DNA of 63,754 nucleotides, filler included, from Octopus bimaculoides (Eukaryota): assembly GCF_001194135.2 (NCBI RefSeq). It is 8 parts of 7 records of this genome, joined end to end, with 100 filler letters (N's around TTAATTAATTAA, not from the genome) between each part and the next. Parts side by side here need not be neighbours in the genome. Positions count along the whole stretch, not along the records: positions 39,194 to 54,248 come from NC_068987.1; 7 more parts are not named here. One strand, given 5' to 3'. Both the position numbers and the translations under genes were made by a program. Below, piece by piece: positions 39,302-52,824 of the stretch (within the stretch, counting starts at the first letter, position 1; the number at the start of each line of letters is the position of its first letter). The notes below the pieces were generated by a model. That model was not told the origin of the DNA, did no database searches, and was given only the letters and a program-made list of their open reading frames with translations.

Positions 39302-40369
39302 CAAACAGCACAGGAAGATTCACTGCTGTATCAGAACTTATGATGCGTATACAGAGTGGTTCAGTATAGTCATAATATTGTGTCAAGAGTGTGTAATAAA
39401 CGCTTTTTGTTTCTGCCTGTGGCAAGCTACATCATGAGAGGAACGGGTGTGACTCACAGACCAGCTTGGCTGACGATCCGAGACTGTTGCTCATGGAGAG
39501 AGCAGTGAGTGTCTCAGTCGAGTGGATGTGATGCAACGTTGGAAGTTACGCAGAAGTTTCATGACCTGATTGATGACTGCGGAGGAGGAGCTAGCAAATT
39601 TGCACACAATTATCGTCAGTACTATCCACCTGGATCAATATACGGACAGAACGCGCAATTATCATCAATGCTGACACGTCTCGTTCACTGGATTAATGCA
39701 GCTTTCTGTTTTGATGCAAGTGTCAGCCACTTAGACAATTTCCAGACAATTTCCCACCTAAGGCTTGGGTGAATGAGAAAGCCACACACCTACATACTAA
39801 GTAATGCTTTTGAACATGGGCCTCGTCTGAGGCTAACTTCTTAAACACACATGCACACACACACACACGCACACACCATACGCAGTACCTCTTGCTACAA
39901 CCACGTGGCTTACGCAACATGGAGCCAGTTCGACCTATGTCCTGCTGACGCTCATCCCCCTCTCCCCCTCTGTGGGCGCCCGGTCCTCTCAAAAGAAATG
40001 GGACTCCATTCACTGTAACATGATCTCGGATGAGTTTGAACGAGAATCTTACATTTAACAAAACGCAATGTGTGACCTATCGGTGACGCGGAGAAGCAGA
40101 GTAAAACAATAAACAGAGTGGGAGTAAGTGACAGTCAGAAGCTGTAAAGCAAGGTGGACAACAGTCGAAAGTTTCGCTCAAATGACGACGCTGGTATTTT
40201 TATTAAAATAAAAGTGAAAATTTTTATCATAAACTATATTTAGTTTATCAGTTTCGCATACACAGATATTGGTATATATATGAAATTAGGTATCAAACTC
40301 TTCTGTTTTTTTTAGAATATTATCGTTCCCATAACGCATATATAAATGCTACGTTAACAATATAATAAG

Positions 40370-40570
40370 TATAAGCTCTTCGAAACGCCGGTGTTAAAAC
40401 GGGGGTAGCTGATGAAGAAGAATGTTCTCTATGTGGCTTGTGTACTTTCTCGTCTATGTTTTGTTTGCAATGTCCTGTACCCAGATATGCACCTATACAT
40501 ACAGGTGGATGTCGGTATGCACATACCTGTACGTATATATGCATATACTCATTTACTATTTGTTTATATA
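40370..40570 (+). repeat. Interspersed repeat carrying GAAAC...CTGATGA (family D)
   Basis: Near-identical to 62240-62430. More diverged relatives at 15890-16130 (minus) and 19410-19560. Confidence 0.8.
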
Positions 40571-41607
40571 TATATATATATNNNNNNNNNNNNNNNNNNN
40601 NNNNNNNNNNNNNNNNNNNNNNNNNNNNNNNNNNNNNNNNNNNNNNNNNNNNNNNNNNNNNNNNNNNNNNNNNNNNNNNNNNNNNNNNNNNNNNNNNNNN
40701 NNNNNNNNNNNNNNNNNNNNNNNNNNNNNNNNNNNNNNNNNNNNNNNNNNNNNNNNNNNNNNNNNNNNNNNNNNNNNNNNNNNNNNNNNNNNNNNNNNNN
40801 NNNNNNNNNNNNNNNNNNNNNNNNNNNNNNNNNNNNNNNNNNNNNNNNNNNNNNNNNNNNNNNNNNNNNNNNATATATATATATATATATATATAGTGGA
40901 TCTTTCAGGCATGAAGTGGATTCGATCCACTATAGCCAAATTTAAATTAACACTTCAACAGAACTTTTCTCACGGTAGAAAAATGGGGTTTTTTTCTGTG
41001 ACAGTAGTTTTACATTTTCCAGATGCCTTAGCTAGGCCGAAATAATGTCTTCACCACTTGACCCTTCTAACCTCTTCTACTTCACCAAAAAGCTAGAATA
41101 GAGATATCACAGACCACCTACGAAAACCAATATTCTCAACAATATGTCTAATACTTCTGAATAGTTATAAAAGCAAGAACCCCAAGCAAAACTCAATCGG
41201 CTCGTGACTACTCAATCAGTTAGTTAATGAGTGACAACTCGAGTCAGAGACAGCTACCATCAGTTAGGGAGCGGAACGCTAGAATCCGACAATCCATATT
41301 ACTGTTTACAAATTAATTTCAACCGTTACAAATTGGTGACCCAACCGTTACATACCGTTTCGTTTTAGTCTTTCTTTTTTTTTTTCATGCTTGCCCTTTC
41401 AGATACAAACACTTGCTTCCTTTTCCAAGTGAAGAATAATATATTTTACTGATTTTATCGATCTAAAATATGTAAACAAACATACGTACGCACACACATT
41501 CACACATTCACACAGCCACATACGCTTATATACATATGTATATGTATGCACATGCAAAGGTGTATGTAAATATGTATGAGTTTAGATAAATATATATATA
41601 TAGATAC

Positions 41608-41647
<40 letters not shown>

Positions 41648-42489
41648 GGAGAGATGTCTATATACAAATGTGCATATATGTATATATATATATATATTAA
41701 AGTATATATACATGTGATTATGTATGTATCTCTCTCTTCTCTTCTCTTTCTCTCTGTATATATAGAGATACACACATTTAGGCCAACAAAAGGATATATG
41801 CATGCATTTTCGTTTCCTCTATTCCCGAGCGTTAAACTAATACATTTACATAAAATGATAAGCATAGGTATTTATCTACAATATAATCGGCACGATGAAT
41901 ATATACTATTTGTTTACAGTCTAGATAGATAGAAATTTTGTACATTACGTCATCATAAATGTAGTTTATATAAAGAATTTCGGGATATTATCAATATATG
42001 AGAATCTAGTTCCCATATTATTTAATTAATAAATATTGTTAATTATACTTTCAAATTAATATTGACGTAAGATGATAAGCCAAAAATATTATGTATTGTA
42101 AGATAAAAGTTAAAGATATTCCGTTAGGTATAAATGTAGAAAGACTGTTGTGTTAGTGATAGATATGAATTTGTTATCTATTCAGCACGCGGTGATTAAG
42201 TTAATCTGAGTAAAATATTTAATAATCATTATCAATTATTGTTTAGGATATTGTTAGAATTTTAGTTGTTAATTTAAGGTAATAAAGTCGAATATATTAT
42301 GTATCATAAGTGATGTGATCAATAGTAGTTTATCAATTATTGTTTATAGATATAATTACGAAACATTTTCAATAACTCAAGTCTGTTATTTCAATAGGTA
42401 ATGTTTCCTAAATGTTACGGGATATTATATGAATGGTATGTTGAACAGTTTAATATTGCCCAATGTTATGAGTATAAAGTTTAATCATA

Positions 42490-43420
42490 CTTAGAGAAAA
42501 CATATTTCGCTAAATGAAGGCAACTTACATTTTTTCCTTTTTTTAAATTAAGCAATTTTTTTTCTAGATATAAGGATTCTATATGCTTCTTCAGTACTCA
42601 ATTCACATTTTTTTTTTTTTTTGAGATTTTATATGATTTTGTAAAACTCACAAATTTCCATTTAATATCAAATTCAATGTTATTATCATTTAATTTCCAT
42701 ATGAACTTATTTAATCCAGTAGAATACATTTTTTACTATTTTTAAAGCTCTGCAAATGGTTAGCTACTCTAATCTTAATTTTGTTTTCTGTTGATCTTAT
42801 ATAATATAATTTCTTTCCTTGACATTCAACTATACGTTGGTAGACTAGTTATCTTTCTTACATAAATTTTTTAATTCACAATTGATTTTAACTTTACAGT
42901 CACATTTTCATTTACAACTTTATGTATGTTATTCGAAGTATTATTAGGAAGGGAGTTAATATGGGTTATTTCCCTTCTATCATTAAGGCATTAATGGCGG
43001 TTAATATTTCTATTTAGATTTGGGGCAGTTAAGTTGGTTTTAAGGTGAATTATTGTATTGGATATTTTTTATTTCTGTGAAAAACTACCAAATTTTTTTA
43101 TTGTTAATAGATGATATAATTATAAACAGATTACGAGTTATATTAAAACCAGCTTTGACACGTTTATAATTAATAAATTCACTATATTTATCATCTTTGT
43201 TAAAATGCTTATAAATAGACTTTGATTAAATTATTTTTAATTTGAATAGCATATGGAATAAGAAGCCAAGTCATATTAGATTCTTCAGAATTATTATTAG
43301 AGAGCCTATGATCTATTTTTGATCTAGTAATATTTATGGTATATGTTTTCTATTACAAGTATTACGTGGATTATCAATGGTATGAGTATTCAAGGAGTTA
43401 TCAGTTTATCATTATCACAC
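42490..43420 (-). mobile_element. AT-rich Penelope-like element C-terminal fragment (GIY-YIG)
   Basis: From 42845 down: VYQRIVECQGKKLYYIRSTENKIKIRVANHLQSFK / YSTGLNKFIWKLNDNNIEFDIKWKF...KCELSTEEAYRIL. The upstream limit is approximate. Confidence 0.8.
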
Positions 43421-43444
43421 GCTACACACCTTCCTTCCAAGCAC

Positions 43445-44235
43445 TGTCGTAAACAGTGTAAGTGAGCTAGAAGTTAAAACTTAGTGCGCATGCACAGCAT
43501 AGTTTAAGGTCAAGCTGTGTCGAGCGGCTTTACGTGTTTTAGCTTTGTTGCTATACCAACAGTCCGGATACTTATTGATTAGCGTGCTTCCGTGAAATTC
43601 TGCTTTCTGCTTGGGAAAACAACAGTCGAAACAGTTGTTCTTCTTCAAACAGCTTACAGGGATGCTGCCATGAGCAAAACACAAGTTTACGAGTGGTTTT
43701 CACGCTTTAAGAATGGTTACTTGTCGCTTGAGTACCAACCTCGTTCAGGGCAACTGTCGACCTCCTGAAAATATGGAAACATCATGAAAATTCATGAACT
43801 CATTTTGGAAGACCGCCAAAGAACAAATAACGAATTTGTTGATATGATCGGTGTGTCCTGGAGCTCCTGCCAACGAATTTTGAGCGAGGAATTGTGAATG
43901 AACAGAGTTGCAGCAAAATTTGTGCCTTGCTTGCTCCCGGAAGATGAAAAGCAGTCACGACTGAATGCGTGTCGTGAACTTAAAGAACATTTGGGAGTTG
44001 ATCCGGAACTTTTATCAAAGGTCATCACTAGCGACGAAAGCTGATGTTACGGAATTTGCAGATGTGGAAGAGCTGAAGAAGAAAAAAACGACGGAAGCGT
44101 TAAAAGGTATCACTTCGCAAGAGTTCCAGGATTGCTTCGAATAGTGGAAAACGTGTCTGGATCGAGGCATTGCTTCGAATGTACAACACTATGAAGGTGA
44201 TAAAAGAGTAAACATGTAAAATAAGTGAATAAAAT
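43445..44235 (+). mobile_element. Internally deleted mariner transposon
   Basis: RASVKFCFLLGKTTVET...QVYEWFSRFKNG...PRSG...RVAAKFVPCLL...KVITSDES*CY, joined directly to EFADVEE...CFE*WKTCLDRGIASN..YEGD. Confidence 0.9.
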
Positions 44236-45954
44236 AACTGGGCCTATCCTTTTATATATAGATATAATGTGTGTGTATGTGTGTGTACATACATGTATGC
44301 ATGCATACACATACATACATACATACATACATACATACATACATACATACATACATACATACATACAAGCGTACATACATACATGGCCTTTGGTATGCGC
44401 AGTATTATGTTTTCTTTAACATAATTTTGGTTTGCGTTATATATTCTTACTTTTGTAATTTACATAAATGAATTTAAAATGTCATTTCGTAATTTTTGCT
44501 TCATTTTTCCTTTCATTTTACCTTAATTTTATACCTGCTATCTTGAAGTAGCCGCATACTAAAGCTGCTGTTAAGTTAGATTTGTTTTACATTGTTCGTT
44601 ATTTGCATGATTGAATTATACAACTAAATGTTTCAAATGTCAGAAGCAAATACTGGCAAGAAAGGCGATTTCACTACACAGCAATATAAAAATATGAAAT
44701 CACCTTCAAATTGGAAAGTCCTACGATGCAACAATTATATTATAAGCAGATAAATAGAACCAAAAATCATAGCAGCCTATTATTTAACTGTAATGTAATA
44801 AAGATTCTCTTTCATTAGCTTTTATTAATTAATAGAATTTTTCATGTCATTGTAAGAGGGCCTTAAATAAAAAATATCTTCCTAATACGTTGGCGTGCTG
44901 TTATATTCGTTTTATAAGAACTTCGCCCTAACTCGGAAATTTATGCAAAATACAATATTGACTTCGAAATTTTATTACTAATCAATAAAATTCTATTATA
45001 GCTTGTGATTTAGCAAACAGAAATGTTAAAGTTATTTACATACCATCAGCGATACACCTTTAATCAAGGTATAATTTGTACTTTAAAGAGAAAATATGCT
45101 ATTCGTTCTATAAAAATACACAGTATGTTATAAAATAAAACCACATGCCTATTATAAAGGTACAGAGTAACTTAATATTCTTCGTTGTGTAGAATTTATT
45201 GCAATAAGAATGTGTGAAAGTAAGGAAGCCACTTAACTGCATGCCGGAAGTCCATTTAATCTGGACTAGTTCTGAATGGTAGTGAGCAGAAACAAATAAA
45301 AAACCTAAACGTATTATTAATTAATATCAGCCGTTCAATATAAGTTGAAGAACGAGATAATCTAGTTGTATATACTGAGAAATTGTTTAAAGAACAAAGT
45401 TGAAAAAGGAAGATTTAGTTAGCATGGTCGCAATAATTCCAAATGACAAAAGAGACTTTCATGTTGATAAACTAGGGACAATTATTAAAAAATAGATTGC
45501 AAATGGTAAGACGTCTGGAAACTTGTTTTCTAATAATGATTCTAATAAGGAACAGGATGTGAAATTTCAAAGCAGAAATAAGGAGCTGTAACTGATTTGA
45601 AGTTACACAACTTGCTGGCTATACTGATCATAGAAGAACAAGAACCATTTTTCACTATATAGAAAAGTTTCAACCACAGAAAGCATAAAAGTATTTGAAT
45701 GTCTCGAAGTGAAAATATCAGGAATGTCATACATAATTGGTACAGAATTAACTTTAGTTATTGGCTATAGCCATCGTATAACCGCCGCACTGGACACCTC
45801 TTTCAAAGTGTAGACCATTGTATCAATTTCAGAACTATTTCAGTGAAGTACTTATTTTATTGATATCTGTCGAAAGCTCCGTTACTGAAGAGTGAGAGAG
45901 AGAAAGAAAGAGAGAGATAGAGAGGGAGAGAGAAAGAAAGAGAGAGACTGAGAG

Positions 45955-45989
<35 letters not shown>

Positions 45990-46108
45990 GAGAATGTAAA
46001 GTGCTACAGTTCTATGGTTCTCATAAGGGTGAAAATATAAACACGGACTCAGGTACACACACATAGGCACAAACGCGTGCGCGCACACGCGCGGCACACA
46101 CGCGCCGG

Positions 46109-46139
<31 letters not shown>

Positions 46140-46290
46140 ATACATATGTATATAACAATTGTATCATTATCTCCATTTCAATAAATAATTGTTTAACTTT
46201 TGTTTCCTTATTGGTGTTATCATTAAAACGTATTTTTCTCGATTTTTCCGATTTGTATGGCTACTGGTGGAAACAACATATATATGTGTG

Positions 46291-46570
46291 CAGTGGCGGA
46301 CTGCTAGCTTGACCGATGGCAAATGGGCCCCTGCGCCATTAGAATCCATATATGGGGGTCCATGTTAGCATCTAAGGGGCCCATCCCCTCAAGTTTGAGA
46401 ATTTTTTATTCACTCCTGGAAGAATGCATTAATTATTTCAGCCTGGCTGTGTTTGCAGACAGTTGAAAAGAATACTTTTAAGAAAAAAAAATTAAACTAT
46501 AGCATTGTAGATGCGGGTGGGTCCCCTTAGTCTCCTGGCAACCAATATTTTTAAACCCAGTCTGCCACTG
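46291..46570. mobile_element. hAT-type MITE (280 bp)
   Basis: TIRs CAGTGGCGGACTG / CAGTCTGCCACTG (12/13 match). Identical 8-bp flanks TATGTGTG at 46283-46290 and 46571-46578. Confidence 0.8.
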
Positions 46571-49100
46571 TATGTGTGTGTGTGTGTGTNNNNNNNNNNN
46601 NNNNNNNNNNNNNNNNNNNNNNNNNNNNNNNNNNNNNNNNNNNNNNNNNNNNNNNNNNNNNNNNNNNNNNNNNNNNNNNNNNNNNNNNNNNNNNNNNNNN
46701 NNNNNNNNNNNNNNNNNNNNNNNNNNNNNNNNNNNNNNNNNNNNNNNNNNNNNNNNNNNNNNNNNNNNNNNNNNNNNNNNNNNNNNNNNNNNNNNNNNNN
46801 NNNNNNNNNNNNNNNNNNNNNNNNNNNNNNNNNNNNNNNNNNNNNNNNNNNNNNNNNNNNNNNNNNNNNNNNNNNNNNNNNNNNNNNNNNNNNNNNNNNN
46901 NNNNNNNNNNNNNNNNNNNNNNNNNNNNNNNNNNNNNNNNNNNNNNNNNNNNNNNNNNNNNNNNNNNNNNNNNNNNNNNNNNNNNNNNNNNNNNNNNNNN
47001 NNNNNNNNNNNNNNNGAAACACTTTCTCCTACTCCACCACATGAATCGTCTCTAGTACTGTAGCTGCTTCTTATGGAATGAAACTTGTTAAATATAATAG
47101 GGGAAACGGTGAATTATGAAGCTACCCTTTGAGTTAATCCTAATGAATGCATAAATATTTATATATTAATTTCATTTTTTTATCATGTTATATCTTCTAT
47201 ATTTTTGTTTATCTCTTTTATCGCTTCCAGCTTACTTTCTCCTTTCTTTCGTTCTTTCTCTCTTTATTTTTCCTCTTCCTGATTTCTTACCATTTCTTTC
47301 TCAAAATATTGCGTAAAATCCCTCTACTCAGTTCCCCAATTCTTATATTTGTTGTCTGTAGCATAATACAATAAAATGTTCCCTGAAAATCCGTTCTGGT
47401 TAAAAAAAAAACTCTTATCTAAATCGCCGAAAAATATCACTGATAAATACTACAGAATGATAAACACGTAGATATACTTTGTATGGCCAATTAATCTATT
47501 TCCTCTATTTTATATACCATCTTTTAATCCCATATTTTACTCTTAAATTTCTCATATTTATCTTCCTTTCTTCCCTTTCTCACTCGTTCTTTTCCTCTAT
47601 TTCTTATATCGTTCGTATATTCGTTCGATTACATCTTCTCCAAGTATTTTCTTTGTGTTTCCCAGACACATAGACATACACACGTGCATGCGGAAACGCT
47701 CGCACGTGCAGTGTACTCGCATTCTCACATGTGTATACACACACACACACGTACATACTCACATACACACATGCACTCACACACTCACCCCACGTACTAA
47801 ACGCTTTTCACTTTACCATTCTTCTCTCCTGTCTCTTTATTTCTCTCTCTACTTTCTATTTCTTTCTCTCCTGTAGTTTTATCTCCCACCTCTCTTGTCT
47901 TTTAAATGTCTGTTTGTCCCTTCCTGTATCGATTTTTGTTTAATCGACTTATCCCACCTACCACTGCTTTAAATACATTTAAAGACTACATCGGTCTACG
48001 GCTGTCGTACTGCCATATTGGTTTTTATCTGTAATAAAAAGAGGATGGAATATCGAGAATATTTGAAAAACAAATTCCCCAACTGTAATGGCACCAGTAA
48101 CATAAACAGCAGCTATAGCTACAGAAGGAGCAGAGGAACAAGACACTAAGGTAAAATATGTAGATTTTGCTATTAATTCTAGTAGGTTAAATTGCCACAT
48201 ATAGTGTTCTTCGGAGCTGGCCTGGAGCGATATCACAACGGAAATAAAGACCAATGAGACAACAGCAATAAAAACAGCAACAGTAACATCATCAGCAGCA
48301 ACAGCATAAATAACAACAATAACAGGGAAGTCATACGATTCAATGGTGAAAATGGAAGGCCGTATTGGATAATGCTGTTGTAAATAAATTATGCTTCAAA
48401 TAGATGGAACAATCAAGGTTGGAATGCCTCTGAGTACAGCTCTGTCAAATGAGCACAGATTTATTAAATGAGGTCTATTAAATGTCGTGGTCAGTGAGAA
48501 CGATGTTCACATACAACTCATGGTGATATTATAACTCTCACACAAGGGCTGCAATGTGAACCTCATCAACAATAACAGCAACGATAATTATTCCAGCTGA
48601 TGAAGTCTGGGAATTTCCAAGAGTTTTCCCTTCCTCTCTCCTTCTCTCCCTCTCTTTCCTGGAGACGACGGGACAAACTAGAAACGTTTGAACCCTAACT
48701 CACCTACCTACTCACGCCCTTCCCTCTATAATGCTTACTAATACGTACCGCCACAGTTTCCTAAAATTCTGTTCTTTCACAAAACAGCTTCAGCAGTAAC
48801 AGCCATAACAGAAGATAAAACTGCAACAACAACTGCTTAAATGTCAAACATATCAACAGCAAGTTATAACAAAACGTTGTCAACTGTGTAGTTCAGAGCT
48901 GACCTAGAGGTATACATCAATAAAAACAACACTAACAATAGCAACAAGGAAGGTTTAATGGTACATAGAGTAAATCAGCAAGGACAATAAAAAAGAAGAA
49001 ATTATTATTAATGAAGAATTAAGAAGTAGCTATTTGATTCCATGATAGATCGCTGACCAAACAGCATTCAATTTTTTTTCTCCGTGTTTTTCTCCTTATT

Positions 49101-49137
49101 TTTTTCTGTTGAAGAGCGTAGCTCGAAACGTTAAAGA
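49101..49137 (+). ncRNA. Minimal type I hammerhead-like motif with variant core, inside an interspersed repeat
   Basis: ttttt CTGTTGA a GAGC gta GCTC GAAAC GT T aaaga. Stem II is 4 bp and stem III is palindromic AACGTT. A6 of the core is T. Confidence 0.5.
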
Positions 49138-49904
49138 CTTTCTGTATTCCCGAGCGTTGAACTAATACATCCTTTTGTTGTTTACACCACCTGTCCTCGT
49201 CTGTTGTTTTTTTTTTCGTACAGTCTCCCATATATATATATATATATATANNNNNNNNNNNNNNNNNNNNNNNNNNNNNNNNNNNNNNNNNNNNNNNNNN
49301 NNNNNNNNNNNNNNNNNNNNNNNNNNNNNNNNNNNNNNNNNNNNNNNNNNNNNNNNNNNNNNNNNNNNNNNNNNNNNNNNNNNNNNNNNNNNNNNNNNNN
49401 NNNNNNNNNNNNNNNNNNNNNNNNNNNNNNNNNNNNNNNNNNNNNNNNNNNNNNNNNNNNNNNNNNNNNNNNNNNNNNNNNNNNNNNNNNNNNNNNNNNN
49501 NNNNNNNNNNNNNNNNNNNNNNNNNNNNNNNNNNNNNNNNNNNNNNNNNNNNNNNNNNNNNNNNNNNNNNNNNNNNNNNNNNNNNNNNNNNNNNNNNNNN
49601 NNNNNNNNNNNNNNNNNNNNNNNNNNNNNNNNNNNNNNNNNNNNNNNNNNNNNNNNNNNNNNNNNNNNNNNNNNNNNNNNNNNNNNNNNNNNNNNNNNNN
49701 NNNNNNNNNNNNNNNNNNNNNNNNNNNNNNNNNNNNNNNNNNNNNNNNNNNNNNNNNNNNNNNNNNNNNNNNNNNNNNNNNNNNNNNNNNNNNNNNNNNN
49801 NNNNNNNNNNNNNNNNNNNNNNNNNNNNNNNNNNNNNNNNNNNNNNNNNNNNNNNTATATATATAAATATATACATATACACATACATACATACATACAC
49901 ACAT

Positions 49905-50139
49905 ATTCTTTTATTCTTTTACATGTTTCAGTCATTTGACTGCGGCCATGCTGGAGTACCACGTTAAAGGATTTTAGTCGAAGAAGTCGACTTCAGGACT
50001 TATTCTTTGGAAGTCTAGTACTTATTCTATAAGTATATTATGCTGAACCGTTGAGTTACGGGGACATAAACACATCAACATCGGTTGTCAAGCGGTGGTG
50101 GCAGGGGACAAACACAGACACAAAGACACACACAGATAA

Positions 50140-50179
<40 letters not shown>

Positions 50180-50420
50180 ATATATGTATGTATGTATGTA
50201 TATATGTACGTATGTATGTATGTGTCAAAACGTAAATTATATATGTATGTGTGTATGTATGCTGGAACGCCACCTTGGAGGGTTTTAGTCGAACAAATCA
50301 ACCCCAGGACGTATTCTTTGTAACCCTAGTACTTATTCTACCGATCTCTCTGCTGAACCGCTTAGTTACAGGGACATTAACACACCAACATCGGTTGTCA
50401 ACGATGGTGGTGGGACAAAC
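49905..50420 (-). mobile_element. Two SINE-like family C copies separated by microsatellite
   Basis: Both carry ttttagtcgaa...ttattctttg...gctgaaccg...acatcggttgtcaa. Confidence 0.8.
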
Positions 50421-50467
50421 ACAAACACACAAACACACAAACAAACACATATATAAATATATATATA

Positions 50468-50630
50468 TACGACGGGCTTTCTGTTTCCGCCTATCAAATC
50501 CACTCACAAGGCTTTGGTTCTCTTGAGGCTATAGTAAAAAACACTAGCCCAAGGTGCCACACAGTGGGACCGAGCCCGGAACCATGTGGTTGGGAAGCAA
50601 GCGTCTCACCACATAACTATACCTGCGCCT
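50468..50630 (-). mobile_element. SINE family B
   Basis: Same body, ends cctgcgcc. Confidence 0.85.
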
Positions 50631-52611
50631 ATACATTTGAAATAGTGTCATATTACAGTAATATATCTGCATTTTCCTTTTGTACCCCTTGTCTAATTTG
50701 CTAACGACAGTAGGATGTTTATAATAGTACTTTATTTCACTAGTACGTGTCAGTTCTTCTCTACGTTCTTTTTCTAATTTTCTGAAATCATTGTAAGGTT
50801 TGTTGTGTATTGGTGATTTCGATTACGTCCCTCTGTTTTCTAATATAACACAAGTAAGACAAATATGATACGTAAAAGTATTAGTTGCTTCCCTTACTAT
50901 GTTCTTTCTGATCAAGTAGGGGAGGCAACCGAGAACGTTTAATTTATGTCTAACAGCATAGCTATTCTCATTACTTACCAATTTTGTATCCTGTAGTTTG
51001 TTAAAACATACTATGCATTGATTAAATGAAATTGATGAAAAATATTGGTGTGTTAAATATCTCGACAACTCTCCTTTCAATGCAATAAAGTATACATCAG
51101 TGCATTATGTTCTCTGAAAAGAAATATGCATAGCTACCAAGCATTATCAGTCACCAAATAAACGCACGTAAATAGGTGAAGAGGTAAGTAGATTCTTCCT
51201 TTTCGAAAACTGTAAACATGAACGAAGACTGACGCGAAACTATAACAGAATCGCGGCGAAATGCCTCTGCTATTATAAGAACATGCAGTAAAGGCTTTAA
51301 AAAAACAATGAAATATGTAAACAATTTAAAATACAGATCACCGAAAGATTCAAGCAAAACTTTTCCCTTAGCATTCACAAATTACTCCACCAAAAGCGAT
51401 TATGACATGAAACAAGAGAAAACTAGTTTATTTCACTTTTATCTGTATTTAACAAAACTTACTACCGAACATGAAGTGAAGCTCTTTTGCACATTAAGTA
51501 TCATAATGTAGTGTTGAAGTTACCATTAACAACAGGTATGAATAACAGAGATCAATTGAAATGAGAAGAAGAAAGTGGCCTTTACTTCTGTCAGTCAGGA
51601 ATTGTTCCGCTTCACTGATAACTGTACAGAAATGACTTCATTTGTCTAACACTTTTATTAAATTCAAAATAAACCATGAATTTAGTTCTAAGTGTGGCTT
51701 TGGGATTGACTACACAAACTCACGAAAGTTTTTATCATTGTAAGAAATTCTAAAATCCTAAGGCTCATCAACTGCAAGTGTGCATTAAACCCACATCGCA
51801 TAAAAGACTATACCTAGAATGCTGTAAAAGCTACTCTCCAGAATGATGTAGAATAATTTTGGTGTGGAATCTGGAATGTAAATAAACAGTACGCCGTCTT
51901 TCATAAATCATTGCATCACTAAAAACATTTTCTCGGCTGTTGTGAAAAAAAAAACTAACAAATAGGAAATCACAATGCGGATGAGTAAGAACCAAGTAAG
52001 AGGAGGGAAAAAGAAGTACAAGAGGATCATATATCTAAATGTTGGTGTATAATCGGGGCACAGATCGCTTGAATAAATATGTTAAATGATCATCAGGCAG
52101 GAAACAAGAAAATTGTAGGACTAGCTATGTCAAAAAATTTGCGAATTATGTTTGATGAGATATGATTCTAAACGGGGCAAACACAGCAACTAAATGTCGG
52201 TTTCAAAACGGAAAGATGTTTTAGAAACAGTCTTGATATAAGACGAATGGTCATGTTTGGAAAGTTTTATCACAGAGTTGCTAAATCAGATCCAAAAATA
52301 CAGCAATAAATGTTTTCAGCAAACGTGGAATCGTTTGTATAAGTGACACTCAACCATTGATTTTTCCTTCTTCCGAGTGAAAATATACGCCTTATAATCG
52401 CTGTATATAAAAGTCGAGGTTACTCTAAAATCGCTATCTTGCAGAAAGTGTGTTAGCACTACAGTCACATGCACGCGCACAAATACACACACACACTGAG
52501 TAAGCTGAATGTTGCACCACTAGGTATTTATTTTGTAACTTATAAACTAGAAAATATATAGATATATATATGCATGGTGTATATACGTGTTTTGTGTGTG
52601 TGTGTGTGTGT

Positions 52612-52686
<75 letters not shown>

Positions 52687-52787
52687 CACGCGCGTGTGTG
52701 TGTGCCGATATATACATTCACATATATCTATAGATAAATGTAAATACAAATACATATACATGTATAAAATATATGCAGGTATAAGTG

Positions 52788-52824
<37 letters not shown>

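Noticed and set aside
43250-43400. Plus-strand reading GMCFLLQVLRGL resembling cytochrome b (NUMT)
   Set aside because: No WNFGSLLG-type motif, and the opposite strand is continuous with a Penelope-like ORF remnant.
48590-48700. CTGATGA...GAAACGTT possible hammerhead
   Set aside because: Stems I and II cannot be paired convincingly; at best a decayed remnant.
50979-50990. 12-nt micro-exon candidate (cag|GATACAAAATTG|gtaagt) on the PKG strand
   Set aside because: Poor polypyrimidine tract and no match to a known PKG segment; not supportable without reads.
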